Positions 1 through 12,587 of a DNA stretch of 64,000 nucleotides are shown here, piece after piece. Position numbers and translations under genes: made by a program. Source of the DNA: Epiperipatus broadwayi (lineage: Eukaryota; Animalia; Onychophora); assembly GCA_028023455.1 (NCBI GenBank), contig JAQFVV010000006.1, positions 7,998,001 to 8,062,000 on the forward strand, read 5' to 3'. Every line of letters starts with the position of its first letter. Position 1 is the first letter of the stretch. The notes under the pieces are model-generated. The model had not been told where the DNA came from and ran no database searches. It worked only from the letters and a program-made list of their open reading frames with translations.

Positions 1-27
1 ATAATATAAAATTTTATAATTTACATA

Positions 28-810
28 TGAGGGGAATACAAAAATAACTGGCATGTTGTAATAAAAAATGGTGTATTTATTTTTAAGTGTTACAAATTGA
101 ATCCCTTTCAAAGTACAGTTCATTTAATGCAATGTATTGGTCTAAACATGTTTTTCACTTTTCAAATGAGTGCGGAAAGTCTTGCAAAATGATGCCTTTT
201 AACGCCTGTGGTGTTTTTTTTTCCCTTCACAACTAATTAAATCCATAAAAAAATTTTATGGCATTTTTTCATTCAAGAGAATAAAAAGAATTCACACAGA
301 GTGAGTTCAAGTGAATATGGCTGATAGATGAGCTGCATCATGCTGAATTTAGTTAATCTTTCACATTCAAGGCTTTGTGTGCTGCCATGTTTGCTGTGCC
401 TAAAGCTTGCACTCCGAACTAAGCCCAAGATGGGACGTTTTTGCTCACACAAAACTTTTCAGAGCATGTAGGCTTTAAATGGCTGGTTGTTATGAACAAA
501 TTCTGAGTAAACATTGCTGTTTACATTAAAAACAACAGCTGTGTCTAGACATTGGATCACACTTTTTTGTGATGTGGTGGTTTGATACTTCCATTAAACC
601 ACTCGTAAACTCTCGTAAACTTGTGTTTTCCCCAGAGCACACGTAAACTTGTGTTTTCCCCAGAGCACTCGTAAACTTGTATTTTCCACAGAGCAGTTTG
701 CTTGTAAGCTGTTTCAAGCAGTACTTTCTTTGCTGTTTTTTCTTAATAGAACGCAGAATTTCGTGTTGGCCGAACTTCTCAGCCATTATAAAAATCGACA
801 AACAAGCAAA
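28..810 (-). mobile_element. Internally deleted, decayed mariner (Tc1/mariner) transposon
   Basis: Minus-strand translations: ANTKFCVLLRK and ALGKTQVY (mariner N-terminal HTH region); YQPYSLELTLCEFFLFS*MKK (cf. HPPYSPDLAPCDFFLF); QALKGI..QDFPHSFEK*K..LDQYIALNELYFERD (C-terminus). TA followed by TGAGGGGAATACAAAAA at 26-44 resembles a mariner TIR. The opposite TIR was not clearly found. Confidence 0.8.
613..696. repeat. 28-bp tandem repeat x3 inside the mariner remnant
   Basis: tcgtaaacttgtgttttccccagagcac at 613, 641 and 669 with few mismatches; it duplicates the ALGKTQVY-coding segment. Confidence 0.9.
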
Positions 811-855
811 CTGTAATTAACAAAAACTTTTGCTACATTCAATCATGACTTCTCT

Positions 856-918
856 CAATAATGATAATTAGCATATCAATAATGATAATTATCATATCAA
901 TAATGATAATTAGCATAT
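856..918. repeat. 21-bp tandem repeat x3
   Basis: caataatgataattagcatat x3, one substitution. Confidence 0.9.
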
Positions 919-1454
919 TGATGCAAGAAAATCCTTTCAAGAGGCATGTAATGACAGAAGGACGTACACCACAATGCATTCACTTTCTAGAGAAGAATTG
1001 CGAGTTATTTTTGGGTAGCTTCTCCTATAATGTATTCAATTTGATTTTTGATTTGGGTTTTTATTGATATGTAAGGTAATAAAGAATTTACAGATACATA
1101 TAGAACTCCCTATTTTGAAATTATGTCTATTTAACCATCAAAAGGGACAAGTTGGATTTAAAAGTAACAAAAGGATCACATTCAATTATTGAGAAAAGTT
1201 ATAAAAAAAAAACCAATGAATATGAATTGCCAATACACTTTGGATTTCTAAATTTATGACAAGGACTTTAATTCTATAAGCATTTCTACAATGATTAAAG
1301 TATTGAATTATCAAAATGTAGATCAAGAATATTATCACTTTCTGAAGAATGTTTATCAAAATGCAATTTGCAGTGGTTAGATTACACAGAAATATGAAGG
1401 AAATTGATATTGAGAAAGGTATGTGACAGGGTGATTTCATATCTAAACATCATA

Positions 1455-1745
1455 TGATCACCATTCTTCGAGCTTACACAAGCTGTTTACACAGAGGCAA
1501 AACTCTTCATGCAGTAGCGTCACTCAGTGTAATCCAGGGTGATCAATGGATGGAGGAAGTTTGTGCATAACATCCCTATCTAGTGTCTACTCATAACTAA
1601 TGAAAGCCACAAGCTAGAAATTAGTCTGGAGATATTGGATGAGTAGGCACTAGATAGGGATTTTATGCATAAATCTTCCTGCATCCATTGATGACTCTGG
1701 CTTGCACTGAGTAGCACTACTGTATAGAGAGTTTTGCCTCAGTGT
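1455..1745. mobile_element. Family B hammerhead repeat, head-to-head palindrome
   Basis: Arms aggcaaaactcttcatgcagtag (~1496) and ctactgtatagagagttttgcct (~1717-1739); decayed HHR ctaatgaaagccacaagctagaaattagtctgg near 1598; same sequence as copies at 32.7, 45.4, 46.8, 53.0 and 59.1 kb. Confidence 0.8.
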
Positions 1746-2200
1746 GATTTCAAATCTCTAATAAAGAAAGCAAAAGTAAATGGACATTACTTAAATCGTT
1801 TAGATTTTGCAGATGATGTGATTGGTTTTGCAAATAATGCATTAGAGCATTAGAAAAAGTTGCAAAAATTATCAGATGAGAGTAAAAAAGTAGGATTAGA
1901 GATAAATACTGCAAAGATTAAAATAATATTCATAGGATTTTCTTAAAAATAAAAAAAAAATCATAATCATGAATTAGAAGAAGTTAACCACAAATACCTT
2001 GGTCAGATTATGAATACAGAAGGAAACATCCATAACATGAATCACAGAACTAAACATGAATGGAGTGCTTTTGGTAGAAATACCTTAAAATTAAATGGAA
2101 ATTTGCCTAGTGTTTGAAAAGAAAAATTTTTAACAGAGGTGTTTTCTAGTTCACATTTATGAATCCAAGACTTGAATGCATAACAGAAGAACAATTCAGA

Positions 2201-2416
2201 GACTTCAGAAAAATTACCAAACTACAAGAAGGTGAATACTGGCAGTAAATTGAAAATAAAATACATGGTTGAGAGAACAACAGGTATCACAAATATTATT
2301 GACAGAATGACTTCAGAAAAATTACAAAAGTACAAGAAGGTGAATACTGGCAGTAAATTGAAAATAAAATACATGGTTGAGAGAACAACAGGTATCACAA
2401 ATATTATTGACAGAAT
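2201..2416 (+). repeat. 108-bp (36-codon) tandem duplication within the RTE fragment
   Basis: 2201-2308 and 2309-2416 are nearly identical; this explains the repeated NTGSKLKIKYMVERTTGITNIIDR in ORF 2232..2456. Confidence 0.95.
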
Positions 2417-2834
2417 TAAAAAAACTGAAATGAAGCTGGGAGGAACACTTTGCTAGAATAGATAATAACACATGGACAGTGAAATTTTAAACTGCATCTC
2501 AAGAGACTCTAAAAAATCTAGAAAGAGATTATATGGAAGAATGAGAAATAAAACAAGTTTGCTGATGTGTTGTGGTAAAGAGGTCAGAGATCAGAGAAAT
2601 TGGATTAAGTTTGGAGAAATCTTCATGTGGCAATGGATCGATAATAGTCAAAAATAAAAATGAAAATATCATTACTCCAGTTAACTACAATGTGTCAACT
2701 TCTAGCACCTTGATAAGATTATGAAAGGATTCTTTAAATTTTCATCGCTGACAAACATTATTTTTTACAATCTTAAATATTTTTATTTGTTCTTCAACAT
2801 TACCACATTTAAATATAGGTAAATAAATATAATG

Positions 2835-3125
2835 ATAGGGGATTTGAACACAAACTTTCAAACCCCCTTAAACTATCCACCCTACTCATACAATAATACA
2901 CATGACCACACATATGTGAAAAAGATAAATGACCTCCAATGTATGTATTTCATGCTTAACCAACACTCATCAGATGATGAATTAACACTCATCAGTTAGT
3001 CCAGCATAAAATACATACATTGGAGGTAATTTATCTTTTTCACATGTGTCATTGCATGAGATAGAGTGGATAGTTGAGCAGAGCTTGAAAGTCTATGTTC
3101 AAATAACCTATAATTACATCTAAGC
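2835..3125. mobile_element. Family C hammerhead repeat, inverted pair
   Basis: Minus arm contains the reverse complement of ctgatgagtgttggttaagcatgaaatacatacattggagg; plus arm ends gaaagtctatgttcaaat, like other family C copies. Confidence 0.8.
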
Positions 3126-4683
3126 TCCACGTATATAAACTATACTTGTATTCAAATATTATAGATAAATATAGTACAATAAATTAATATACAGATGCAT
3201 TGGAAAATAAGATTAGGGAAAAACACAGTTTAGTAATGATCGTAATTGATGTGAACACTGAATTTATTTCTTTTTAATTCAACACTCTATTTAATTTATG
3301 GTTTTAATCCCCCCCCTCCCATAAAAATAGCATTACTTTTTTAATGAAGACTTTCATGCAAAAAAAAAAAAAATTACGGTATGACCCCCCAACGGTGAAC
3401 TCGAGAAATATTTTTAAACAAATTTATAAAAAGGTCAAGCCCAAAATAGATTCACAAGTGGTTTAATACACAGTTCACGATTTGCATTTACCACAACTTA
3501 CATATATCAGAGGTAAAATTTATGCGAAAGCTACTAAAAAACCCTAGTGAGCTAAATGTGAACTAATACAGCTCCACCAATAAATGAAAAAGTACAGATT
3601 GGATACACCTCTACTTTAGCTTGGATCATATATAAGCATTCAATTTATTGACATTATTATAAGGCAGAGCAGGACATTTACATTAAATGTAATTTTAGGA
3701 CAAATGTAAGTTATTCTGAAATCACTATAACTAATCCCAGGGAAAGGTTGAGCCTCATATTTAACAATCTCTGAATATTAATGTTCGGTTAATAGATGTA
3801 AATATAAATTGCCATAGCTAGAACAGAGATTAAATTCATGCAGAAGTTGCTATTAAGCTATATGTAAACTAGGACAACTTTGTCAATTAACGAACAATTA
3901 CAGAATAGATTCATTTGTACTTAATATAGATTGGACATAAGCATTCAATTTCTTGATGTATTACAACCCCTAGGGAGCTATGTGTAAACTAATACACCCC
4001 CACCAATAGATTTATCATAAATCAACATTCATGTGTTTGCATTAAAAAAAGAATTTGTTTATCTTCTAAAGAATGTTTACTGTCACATCATTGTATGACA
4101 TATTACATCCTTTATTCTTATGGACAATTCATTTTTTGAATATTTGCAAAGTTCAAATATGATGCTTTAGAATAATTTTCATATGTAAAATTAAATTACA
4201 AAGAAATCAAATCCACTATATTGAGTTTTAATATAAAATAAAGATTTTGTATAAAAACGAAAGGTTTAGTATTTTCAAAAACTTGCACCAGGTATAAGAT
4301 TCAATAATTTATTAATTAAACAAATGTAATAATAAATAGTCATGACATTAAATATATATAATTGAAGTGGTAGGATAAAGTCAACAACCACGAAAAGATA
4401 GAAATGATAACAATCTATCCTTTAACTCTGTTATTATATAAGCTTAGCTTTTGATGTAGCTTTAACCTATCGAGTGAATTTTGTCTACTATTTAAAATTA
4501 TGGACAGATGAAATGATAGGAAATCACCATTGATATACTCAGAGAATCAAGGAGTCTTAGTTTTGTCAACCTCTGAATATTAAGTGAAACATCAGGTTAA
4601 TAAATATAATAATAATTAATCATAATTTTAACTATATGTAACTGGAAGTAACTATCTCCCACTTATGTAATGTCAGTCACTAC

Positions 4684-4790
4684 AAAAATAGAAAGGATAC
4701 CAATCTATCCTTTAGCTCTGTTGTTATATAAACTTAATTTAGTTTATACAACAACAGAGCTAAAGAATAGATTTGTATCATTCTATTTTT
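4684..4790. repeat. ~50-bp imperfect inverted repeat
   Basis: aatctatcctttagctctgttgttatataaact / agtttatacaacaacagagctaaagaatagatt; a related direct copy lies near 4397-4445. Confidence 0.7.
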
Positions 4791-4974
4791 TACATAGCTC
4801 AATGGGAGCTAGCTACATCTGTTTCAATTAATTAAACAAAGTGTGCTTAAAATCAACAGGACACCACATGACTCCAGTTTACATAATGCTATTCATTAGC
4901 AAATCCTTTTTTTATCTCATCATAGTTACACTACCTAGTGTAAGCTTTAATAATCAGTAGATATCGGATGATGG

Positions 4975-5085
4975 CACTTTGTAAATCCCTATCAGTACTG
5001 CCTTATCCAATATCCCCAAACTAATTTCTAACTTATGGTTCTCCTCAATGAAGAGCTTTGGATGTGACAGCAGTGCACATAGATA
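4975..5085 (-). mobile_element. Decayed family B copy
   Basis: ccttatccaatatccccaaactaatttctaacttatgg...gaagagctttggatgtgacagcagtgcac is the reverse complement of the family B HHR region. Confidence 0.6.
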
Positions 5086-5291
5086 TTTTTGTATCTAATG
5101 CCCTTTTCCTCCAGCAGGCATCTTAAACTTTTTTGTTTTACTACAAAGCTGCCAGTTAAAATTACAAAATATATGAATATTTTCAATCTAAGCCAACTTG
5201 TTTTATATAAATGAGAATCATGGGGTCTTATTGGTTTAATACCAAACCTGGCCTAATGAAATGCCTATAATTATTTTAAAAAACTAAGGAC

Positions 5292-5373
5292 ATCATAATA
5301 TTATAACTTTATCTTTCTTATTGCATTGCCAAATCATAATATTATAACTTTATCTTTCTTATTGCATTGCCAA
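5292..5373. repeat. 41-bp tandem duplication (family A tail)
   Basis: atcataatattataactttatctttcttattgcattgccaa x2; reverse complement resembles 20720-20750. Confidence 0.9.
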
Positions 5374-5376
5374 ATC

Positions 5377-5627
5377 CATATAATATTAATATCATCTGTA
5401 TTCTTTATTACTTTTTTACATCGCTTTTTTACAACCCACTATTGACAGTTTCTATTGCCCAAGCAATCTTCTTCAGAACTATAATAAATGCAATACAAAT
5501 ACATGAATACAAATGTTTGTTATAGTTCTGAAGAAGATTGCTAGGGCAATCGAAACTGTCAATAGTGGGTTGTAAAAAAGGCATTGTAAAAAGTAATAAA
5601 GAATATAGATAATATTAATATTATATG
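5377..5627. mobile_element. Family A hammerhead repeat, head-to-head palindrome
   Basis: Arms ~5377-5484 and ~5519-5627 are imperfect reverse complements; each begins with ctgaagaagattgc... Confidence 0.85.
5525..5563 (+). ncRNA. Minimal type I hammerhead ribozyme motif (family A)
   Basis: guu-CUGAAGA-A-GAUUGC-uagg-GCAAUC-GAAA-CUG-UC-aau: full core, 6-bp stem II, GUC triplet, very short stems I and III as in PLE-associated HHRs. Confidence 0.75.
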
Positions 5628-7388
5628 ACATCATAATATGTAGATACTGAACTGGTTTCAGAACTATATCACCATACAGGCAAATTGGTTTCATTGAAAA
5701 CACTAATGTTTTTTTTTTTTTCAATTAGAGCTTATATCTTTCATTAAGCACTATTATCTGGCCTTTATTGATCCCTAATGTTTATACTACACAGCATAAT
5801 TGTGGTTAAGTTGAAAAAAAATCACTACTAAATGGTGTACTTATTATTATTGTGCTTAGTAGAAATAAAAATAGAATTGACAACAGAAAATCTTGCAGTC
5901 ACAACTGAATTAAATTATATTTACACATTTGCAATTTGAAACAAACTGATAAAAGTTATTTATTATTCATGAATGAAAATTTCTATTTCATTAATCAAAT
6001 TTATTGCATCATAATGGCTTTGTCACAAACAAACAAACAAAAAAACTTCTTGAAAAAAACAATGACGTGGACAAAAATTTTACATCAATCCACGATAATA
6101 CCAAAATTCTCTATCTAAACTTTGTGACTTAAATAATAATAATAATGATGATGATGATAATAATTAACTTTAATCATTATGTCATACATGTTACCATATC
6201 TTTAGTGAAATGATTTTAAAAGAAAAAATGGTAGAGAGGAGGTATTTAATATATGTATAAAGATATTACATCTGGAAAAGAAAAGCATGAATAACTCCAT
6301 GTGTGTGTCTTTTAATTAAAAACAAAATCAGATATATTATTCTTTAACTGAGATGAAAAGTTTATATCTGAGTTAGAGACAATCTCTAGTTTAGTAAATG
6401 ATTAGTGATAATTATTACTGTATTTATATAAAGTGGATGGTGTCAAAGTTGTGGCTGGAGTAAATCTGACACTTATAAATAAAAATGTAACAATATAATA
6501 TTAAGTATCTTTAAATAAATTGAAAACTCTACAATAAAAATGCTATACAATTCCAGCTATACATCCAAATATTACAAATAAGCTTAAAGTTCAGTTTTTC
6601 AATAATTGTAATTAAAAATTGCATGGTTTTAAAATATCTTTCAATATGTCCTTTTTTGGAAACAATACATTTGCATAAGATATATAATACATACATTTTG
6701 CATACATCATTGCAAAGAAAAATACTTCTCATTCTATATTAAAATTATGTGTCTTTATTTGCTGGGCAATTGTTTCGAACATTACATTCCTCTTAAAATA
6801 CGACAAAACATCAATTTTCCATGATAAATTAATTAAATATTCACATCTGTCACAACAATTAACAGTTATAAGTTTCATGACTGACTAAACATATGCAATG
6901 CTTCAGCTTGCGTCTTTGTGTTGTACAGTAAACATATTTGAAACAATAAATTTATAATTGATATATACATCATCATTCATTTTGAATGAAGGTGGATGTC
7001 ATAGTCCCATTCACCAACAGTGCTTGACTACGCATGGTCATCTTGATTGTCAAGAGCTGATTCTCACCTGTAAAAGTCATATCTGTGTGAAAAATATATT
7101 TTTTTGATGTAAAACATATCTAATTTAGCATAATGCAGCATCAGTTACTACTACTTTTTTAAATTTAAGCAGTCATTCCAAAATCTCTTGCTACTCTATT
7201 GATGAACTGTGAGTCTTACCCATATCCCTTGGGAGAAGGAAGGGATATAAATATTTCCTTTTTAAAGAAACATTCAGAAAAATATTTGCAACATTTAATA
7301 AATACTGTAATTTAATAATACTTAAAACAGAAGAAAACGGAAAATACCTTTTTCTTTTTCGTTTTTTATGTTGTACTAATCCTTCGAA

Positions 7389-8403
7389 ATCAAATAAAAT
7401 GTTATAAAAACATATTTATAAACAACAAAACATAACACTTATATTAATTATATAAAAAGCCTTTTTCGGCAAATTTATTTTTTGCCCTTTTCAAACATGT
7501 CTTCCAAAATTACTACGACTACATATACATAGCGACATCTATGTTAATACATGATAAGTAAAAAATAAAAGACAAAAGAATAAAAGAAATATACAATTAG
7601 TATAAACAATTCATATAGAACAGCTGAAACTGAATTGGACAGCCTATATTATCATATAACTTATACAACTCTACTATAATTTAAATCTTCATTTCGTAAA
7701 ATGCATTCCAAACAATCATCCACATCAGCTATCTATCCATTCTTTTTTCATCAACCATTTATTATTCATTCCAATAGACGCCTTATATATATTCATACAA
7801 TTAGTTTTATTATACATAATATAATTTGTTTCATATAATCTGCGTCTATTAACATCTTTTATATAATTTCATTATTTGCAAACTGGACATAAAATTAATT
7901 GTACTGATAGTATAAGGGCTTTAAATTATATAAAAGATGTTAATAGACGCAGATTATATGAAACAAATTATATTATGTATAATAAAACTAATTGTATGAA
8001 TATATATAAGGCGTCTATTGGAATGAATAATAAATGGTTGATGAAAAAAGAATGGATAGATAGCTGATGTGGATGATTGTTTGGAATGCATTTTACGAAA
8101 TGAAGATTTAAATTATAGTAGAGTTGTATAAGTTATATGATAATATAGGCTGTCCAATTCAGTTTCAGCTGTTCTATATGAATTGTTTATACTAATTGTA
8201 TATTTCTTTTATTCTTTTGTCTTTTATTTTTTACTTATCATGTATTAACATAGATGTCGCTATGTATATGTAGTCGTAGTAATTTTGGAAGACATGTTTG
8301 AAAAGGGCAAAAAATAAATTTGCCGAAAAAGGCTTTTTATATAATTAATATAAGTGTTATGTTTTGTTGTTTATAAATATGTTTTTATAACATTTTATTT
8401 GAT
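7389..8403. mobile_element. PLE 3' fragment as a near-perfect 1015-bp palindrome
   Basis: Arms 7389-7869 and 7923-8403 (481 bp each), 53-nt loop. ORF 7876..8067 (GHKINCT...NRRRLYETNYIMYNKTNCMNIYKASIGMNNKW) resembles the C-terminus of PLE GIY-YIG endonucleases. HHR-like motif near the outer ends. Confidence 0.75.
8293..8338 (+). ncRNA. HHR-like motif with U3:A8 core variant (mirror copy at ~7454-7499, minus strand)
   Basis: UUGAAAA-G-GGCAAA-aaauaaa-UUUGCC-GAAA; 6-bp stem II; stem I pairing is poor. Confidence 0.5.
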
Positions 8404-9195
8404 ACTGTAATTTATAAAAAAATGTATATATAAATAATAAGTGTAATAATGTTCTAATTGTTAAAAGGAGGTTGCCTTGACAACAGTTTGAAATTGTTAA
8501 TTGTTATTGATATTGGGATTGTCTAAGTGTTGACTGGTTTTAATGATATATATATATATAAGAATTAAAAATAAATCATTTAATTAGAAAAAGATATTTA
8601 TGATGAAGAATTGCAAAACAATCTTAAAAGCTCATTAAGAATCTTCACATGACTTCAGATAGATATCTTAAGAAATAATGCTCTTCTAAATAGAGGTTGA
8701 TGTCAGACAATCTTGAGATTATTTGCTTTTTCACAAAGATTAATATAAATATTTTCATTTACCTTTCATTTAAGTGAAGACCTTCAGATCTTGTCTAAAC
8801 TGAGGTCAGATTTTTTTTTTTAAAGATTTTAATGATTTATGTATTTTCAGTCTATTAAAATAATATTTTAAAAACACAAACACTAATGTTCTTTATAAAC
8901 ATTCAATTTTTACTTAGAATCAATAACATAGAATATGAAAATTTATTAAATCAACTTTCTATCATCAAGTGAGCTCAAAGAATTACATTACAGCAGTAAC
9001 AGAATTATGTTGTTAACAGCAACTAGAAAAAAAAGTTATGTAACCCAATACCCATGGTCAGGGTGTAAAAAATCAACTGTTCAATCACAAATTGTCCATT
9101 GCTATAAGGCTCCATATAGCATTGCAGATGTATGTTGGAACTAGTTTTTCATCTCTGTTTCTGATGGCATGAAGTTTTGCCAGAAGTAATTTCTT

Positions 9196-9462
9196 TCAGT
9201 CAACCAAGGTGGGACCGTAAATGCGAGCATACCTAGTTGACCAATAGGCAAACAGCAGAAAGGTTATGATTCGTATGGATGGAAAGATCCTGTTGGATAT
9301 GCTAGAAATCAGTCCGGTAAGGAGAGGCACTCCAGTTTTGTATATGGATGTGATAAAGTCTCTGTCCCATTGAAGCGAGGTACAATGGCTCAGAATATGT
9401 ATCAAGATTGTAATATGAAACATTATTAAAAAGATATTATTATAATTCTCAAAATTAAACAA
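9196..9462 (-). other. GC-richer segment open on both strands; possible exon or TE relic, unassigned
   Basis: 88-codon minus-strand ORF (...YKTGVPLLTGLISSISNRIFPSIRIITFLLFAYWSTRYARIYGPTLVD) in locally higher GC; no homology recognised. Confidence 0.25.
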
Positions 9463-9619
9463 ACAAAAATTTCATTATATGGCATATACTCTAAGCCAAT
9501 TAGAAACTATCAAAAAACAAAATTAAATAATAAAAAAAGTGTACAGAAACAAAAAATACTAAAATTAGCAAATTTAACCAATTTTAGGCAGCACCCTCTA
9601 ATTTATTTAGTCATGCAAA

Positions 9620-9960
9620 CCATTAAAAATCTGATGATGGAATGCTCAGATTTTTAATGGTATGGATGGTTGAATAATTGGAGTGTGGAGTATATTGAAG
9701 TCTGTCCATTAAAATGTGAAGATTTGTTATCTTAATATAAACTGAACACTGATTATATATAAGGGTGAGAGATAATGATCTGGACCAACTGATGTGTGCT
9801 GATTCAGCACAAAAAGCAAAATTTAAATTTTGGAGATAATTTATCTTTTTCACATAAGTGTGCTCATGTGTATTGATTGTATGAGATAGAGTTAAGCTGA
9901 AGGGAACTTGAAAAGTCTGTGTTTATATCCCCTATATTACATCTAGACTCCAAATCTATA
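9620..9960 (+). mobile_element. Family C hammerhead repeat with a short inverted 5' junction
   Basis: ...gatctggaccaactgatgtgtgctgattcagcacaaaaagc...ttggagataatttatc; matches the 25.1-25.5 kb copy. Confidence 0.85.
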
Positions 9961-10109
9961 AAATGTACTTAAAATATATGGATTTTAGCAAACTTAATTA
10001 GCCTCAGGGATTGTCAATGAGTAGTAATTGATAATTTTTTGGCAATACTATATATATATAATAATTAAATATATGTATATTTTTTATACTAAACTTAATG
10101 TAATTATAG

Positions 10110-10389
10110 GAGACTTGAACTTTCAAATTCTCTGCAGGTATCCAATCTATCTTATATAACCAATACACATGACCACATACACGTGAAAAAGATAAATGAT
10201 CTCCAATATATGCAATTTGTGCTGAAGCAGAAATCATCAGTTGGTTCCGATCACCATCTTTCACACATATATACAATCAGTGCTCAGTTTATACTAAGAT
10301 AGCAAATCTTCAAACTTTAATGGACAAGCTTCAGTTCCCAATTCTCCAATTCCCCAGCCATATCATTCCAAAGATGGAATGCTCAAAGC

Positions 10390-10392
<3 letters not shown>
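10110..10392 (-). mobile_element. Family C hammerhead repeat
   Basis: Reverse complement of family C, including gatctccaatatatgcaatttgtgctgaagcagaaatcatcagttggtt. Confidence 0.85.

Positions 10393-10448
<56 letters not shown>
10393..10448. repeat. (TA)n microsatellite abutting the PLE left arm
   Basis: About 28 TA units. Confidence 0.95.
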
Positions 10449-10451
<3 letters not shown>

Positions 10452-11397
10452 AATAAAGTTTGATATCTGTATTTGTTTCACAATATATGTAATATACAAA
10501 TCAAATATATATATATATCAAAATACAGTACAATTTATATAAATTATATTCTTTTAGAAGTACTTTTGACTATACACTTTGTAGTCTTTATCAACTATAT
10601 AACATTGAATAATCAAAACGAGACAACCTTTAACAATACCCATAGTTCAATTCAGATTTCCCATAATTATGTTATCTTAACATTTGATGACTGGCGATTC
10701 ATTAACATTTGACGATTTCTTGAAATCAACATAGGCTCTTTTATTTTACGTTTATTATGACAATGTTCAATTTGAATAATTTTCATATTTTTATAATTAA
10801 ATTTAAATCCATATTGACAAGATTTATTATGATCAAATATAACAGATGATGAATGTTTATTTACATCTGTTCCAGATTGATTCTCTTTTTGAATTCTATT
10901 ATATAAAAGTATATGCTCTTTTATTCTCTTCTCAAATGTACACTTAGATTCACCAATGTATTGTACGCCGCATCCACATATCAATCTATATATAATGGAA
11001 TTTTGATTAAACTTTGAATTTTGAATTTTAGAATTATTAAGTAATATATTTATGTTATTTGTAGAGAAAAAAGCAATATGACACAACCATTATAAATTTT
11101 CCTAATAAACTTGACCTGCTCATCTGATATAAATGGCATTGAAATCCATTTCATTTTGATATTTTTATTTTTAATTTTATTATAATGTTGATTTCTTTTA
11201 AATCCTTTAATAATATTAGCAATAGCATTTTTATAATAACCAATTTTCAACAAATCATTAACAAATAAATGTACATTTTTAATTTTATCACTAGAATATT
11301 TGCATAATTTTTCATTTCGAAATAAGAATGATTTCAATCCAGACAGCTTATGACACATAGGAACATGTGATTCATATGGAATAAAACCTCTAGTTTA

Positions 11398-11951
11398 TTG
11401 ATAAAAATATTTATGTCAATTTTAATAATGAATATTATAAAATGAATTTTGGTTGGCCATTGGGTCTTCCTGCTGTTGCTCAAATTTGTAATTTTGTTAT
11501 ATCAACATATGAAAGTAAAATTTTAAAACAATTGAAATATCAAGAAATTAAAGTATATCATAGATATGTGGATGATGTTTTTATTTGTGGAAAACAAGAA
11601 TTAATAATCAATTTATTTAATGAATTAAATGAGATTAAGGATATAAAATGGGTTATAAATAAAGAGAAATACAATTCCATAAAATTCTTGAATATTCAAG
11701 TTACACTTAATGATTACAATTTGGATTATCTTATGTTAATTAAACCAATTGAAACTAGAGGTTTTATTCCATATGAATCACATGTACCTATGTGTCATAA
11801 GCTGTCTGGATTGAAATCATTCTTATTTCGAAATGAAAAATTATGCAAATATTCTAGTGATAAAATTAAAAATGTACATTTATTTGTTAATGATTTGTTG
11901 AAAATTGGTTATTATAAAAATGCTATTGCTAATATTATTAAAGGATTTTAA
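11398..11951 (+). pseudogene. PLE reverse transcriptase C-terminal half (frameshifted near 11948)
   Basis: ORF 11442..11951 extends upstream in frame (DKNIYVNFNNEYYK) to the inversion junction; YVDD catalytic motif. Confidence 0.9.
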
Positions 11952-12157
11952 AAAAATCAACACTATAATAAAATTAAAAATAAAAATATCAAAATGAAAT
12001 GGATTTCAATGCCATTTATATCAGATAAGCAGGTCAAGTTTATTAGGAAAATTTATAATGGTTTGTGTCATATTGCTTTTTTCTCTACAAATAACATAAA
12101 TAGATTACTTAATAATTCTAAAATTCAAAGTTTAATCAAAATTCCATTATATATAGA

Positions 12158-12490
12158 TTGATATGTGGATGTGGTGTACAATACATTGGTGAATCTAAGT
12201 GTACATTTGAGAAGAGAATAAAAGAGCATATGCTTTTATATAATAGAATTCAAAAAGAGAATCAATCTGGAACAGATGTAAATAAACCTTCATCATCTGT
12301 TATATTTGATCATAATAAATCTTGTCAATATGGATTTAAATTTAATTATAACAATATGAAAATTATTCAAATTGAACGTTGTCATAATAAACGTAAAATA
12401 AAAGAGGCTATGTGGATTTCAAGAAATCGTCAAATGTTAATGAATCGCCAGTCATCAAATGTTAAGATAACAGAATTGTGGGAAATCTGA
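12158..12490 (+). pseudogene. PLE GIY-YIG endonuclease domain (mirror copy 10667-11086, minus strand)
   Basis: ICGCGVQYIGESK..RIKEH, SSVIFDH, KRKIKEAMWI, LMNRQS. Confidence 0.9.
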
Positions 12491-12544
12491 ATTGAACTAT
12501 GGGTATTGTTAAAGGTTGTCTCGTTTTGATTATTCAATGTTATA

Positions 12545-12587
12545 TAGTTGAAAAAGACTACAAAGTGTATAGTCGAAAGTAATTCTA
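12545..12587 (+). ncRNA. PLE 3'-end HHR motif with U3:A8 core (mirror copy 10555-10597, minus strand)
   Basis: uag-UUGAAAA-A-GACUA-caaagugua-UAGUC-GAAA-GUAAU-U-cua; the mirror arm reads UUGAUAA and has palindromic AGUACU in stem III; 3-bp stem I UAG/CUA. Confidence 0.65.

Larger units (their letters stand above)
1140..2660 (+). mobile_element. 5'-truncated, decayed RTE-clade LINE (RT domain to 3' end), interrupted by a family B palindrome
   Basis: Frameshifted translations: NEYELPIHFGFL..DKDFNSIS, IDIEKGM*QGD, KVNGHYLN..FADDVIG, SKKVGLEINTAKIK, KYLGQI, WSAFG, and an RTE-like C-terminus near 2420-2650. Confidence 0.85.

Noticed and set aside
613-696. 28-bp repeats as a CRISPR array
   Set aside because: The units are contiguous with no spacers, lie inside a mariner relic, and the context is eukaryotic with no cas genes.
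6755-6805. Minus-strand HHR-like motif tttaaga-g-GAA-tgtaatg-TTC-GAAA-CAATTG
   Set aside because: Two core mismatches and no U16.1; possibly a dead HHR, but too decayed to call.
9040-9462. NUMT or alternative genetic code (TGA=Trp)
   Set aside because: The read-through translation matches no mitochondrial protein I recognise and ends at TAA soon after.
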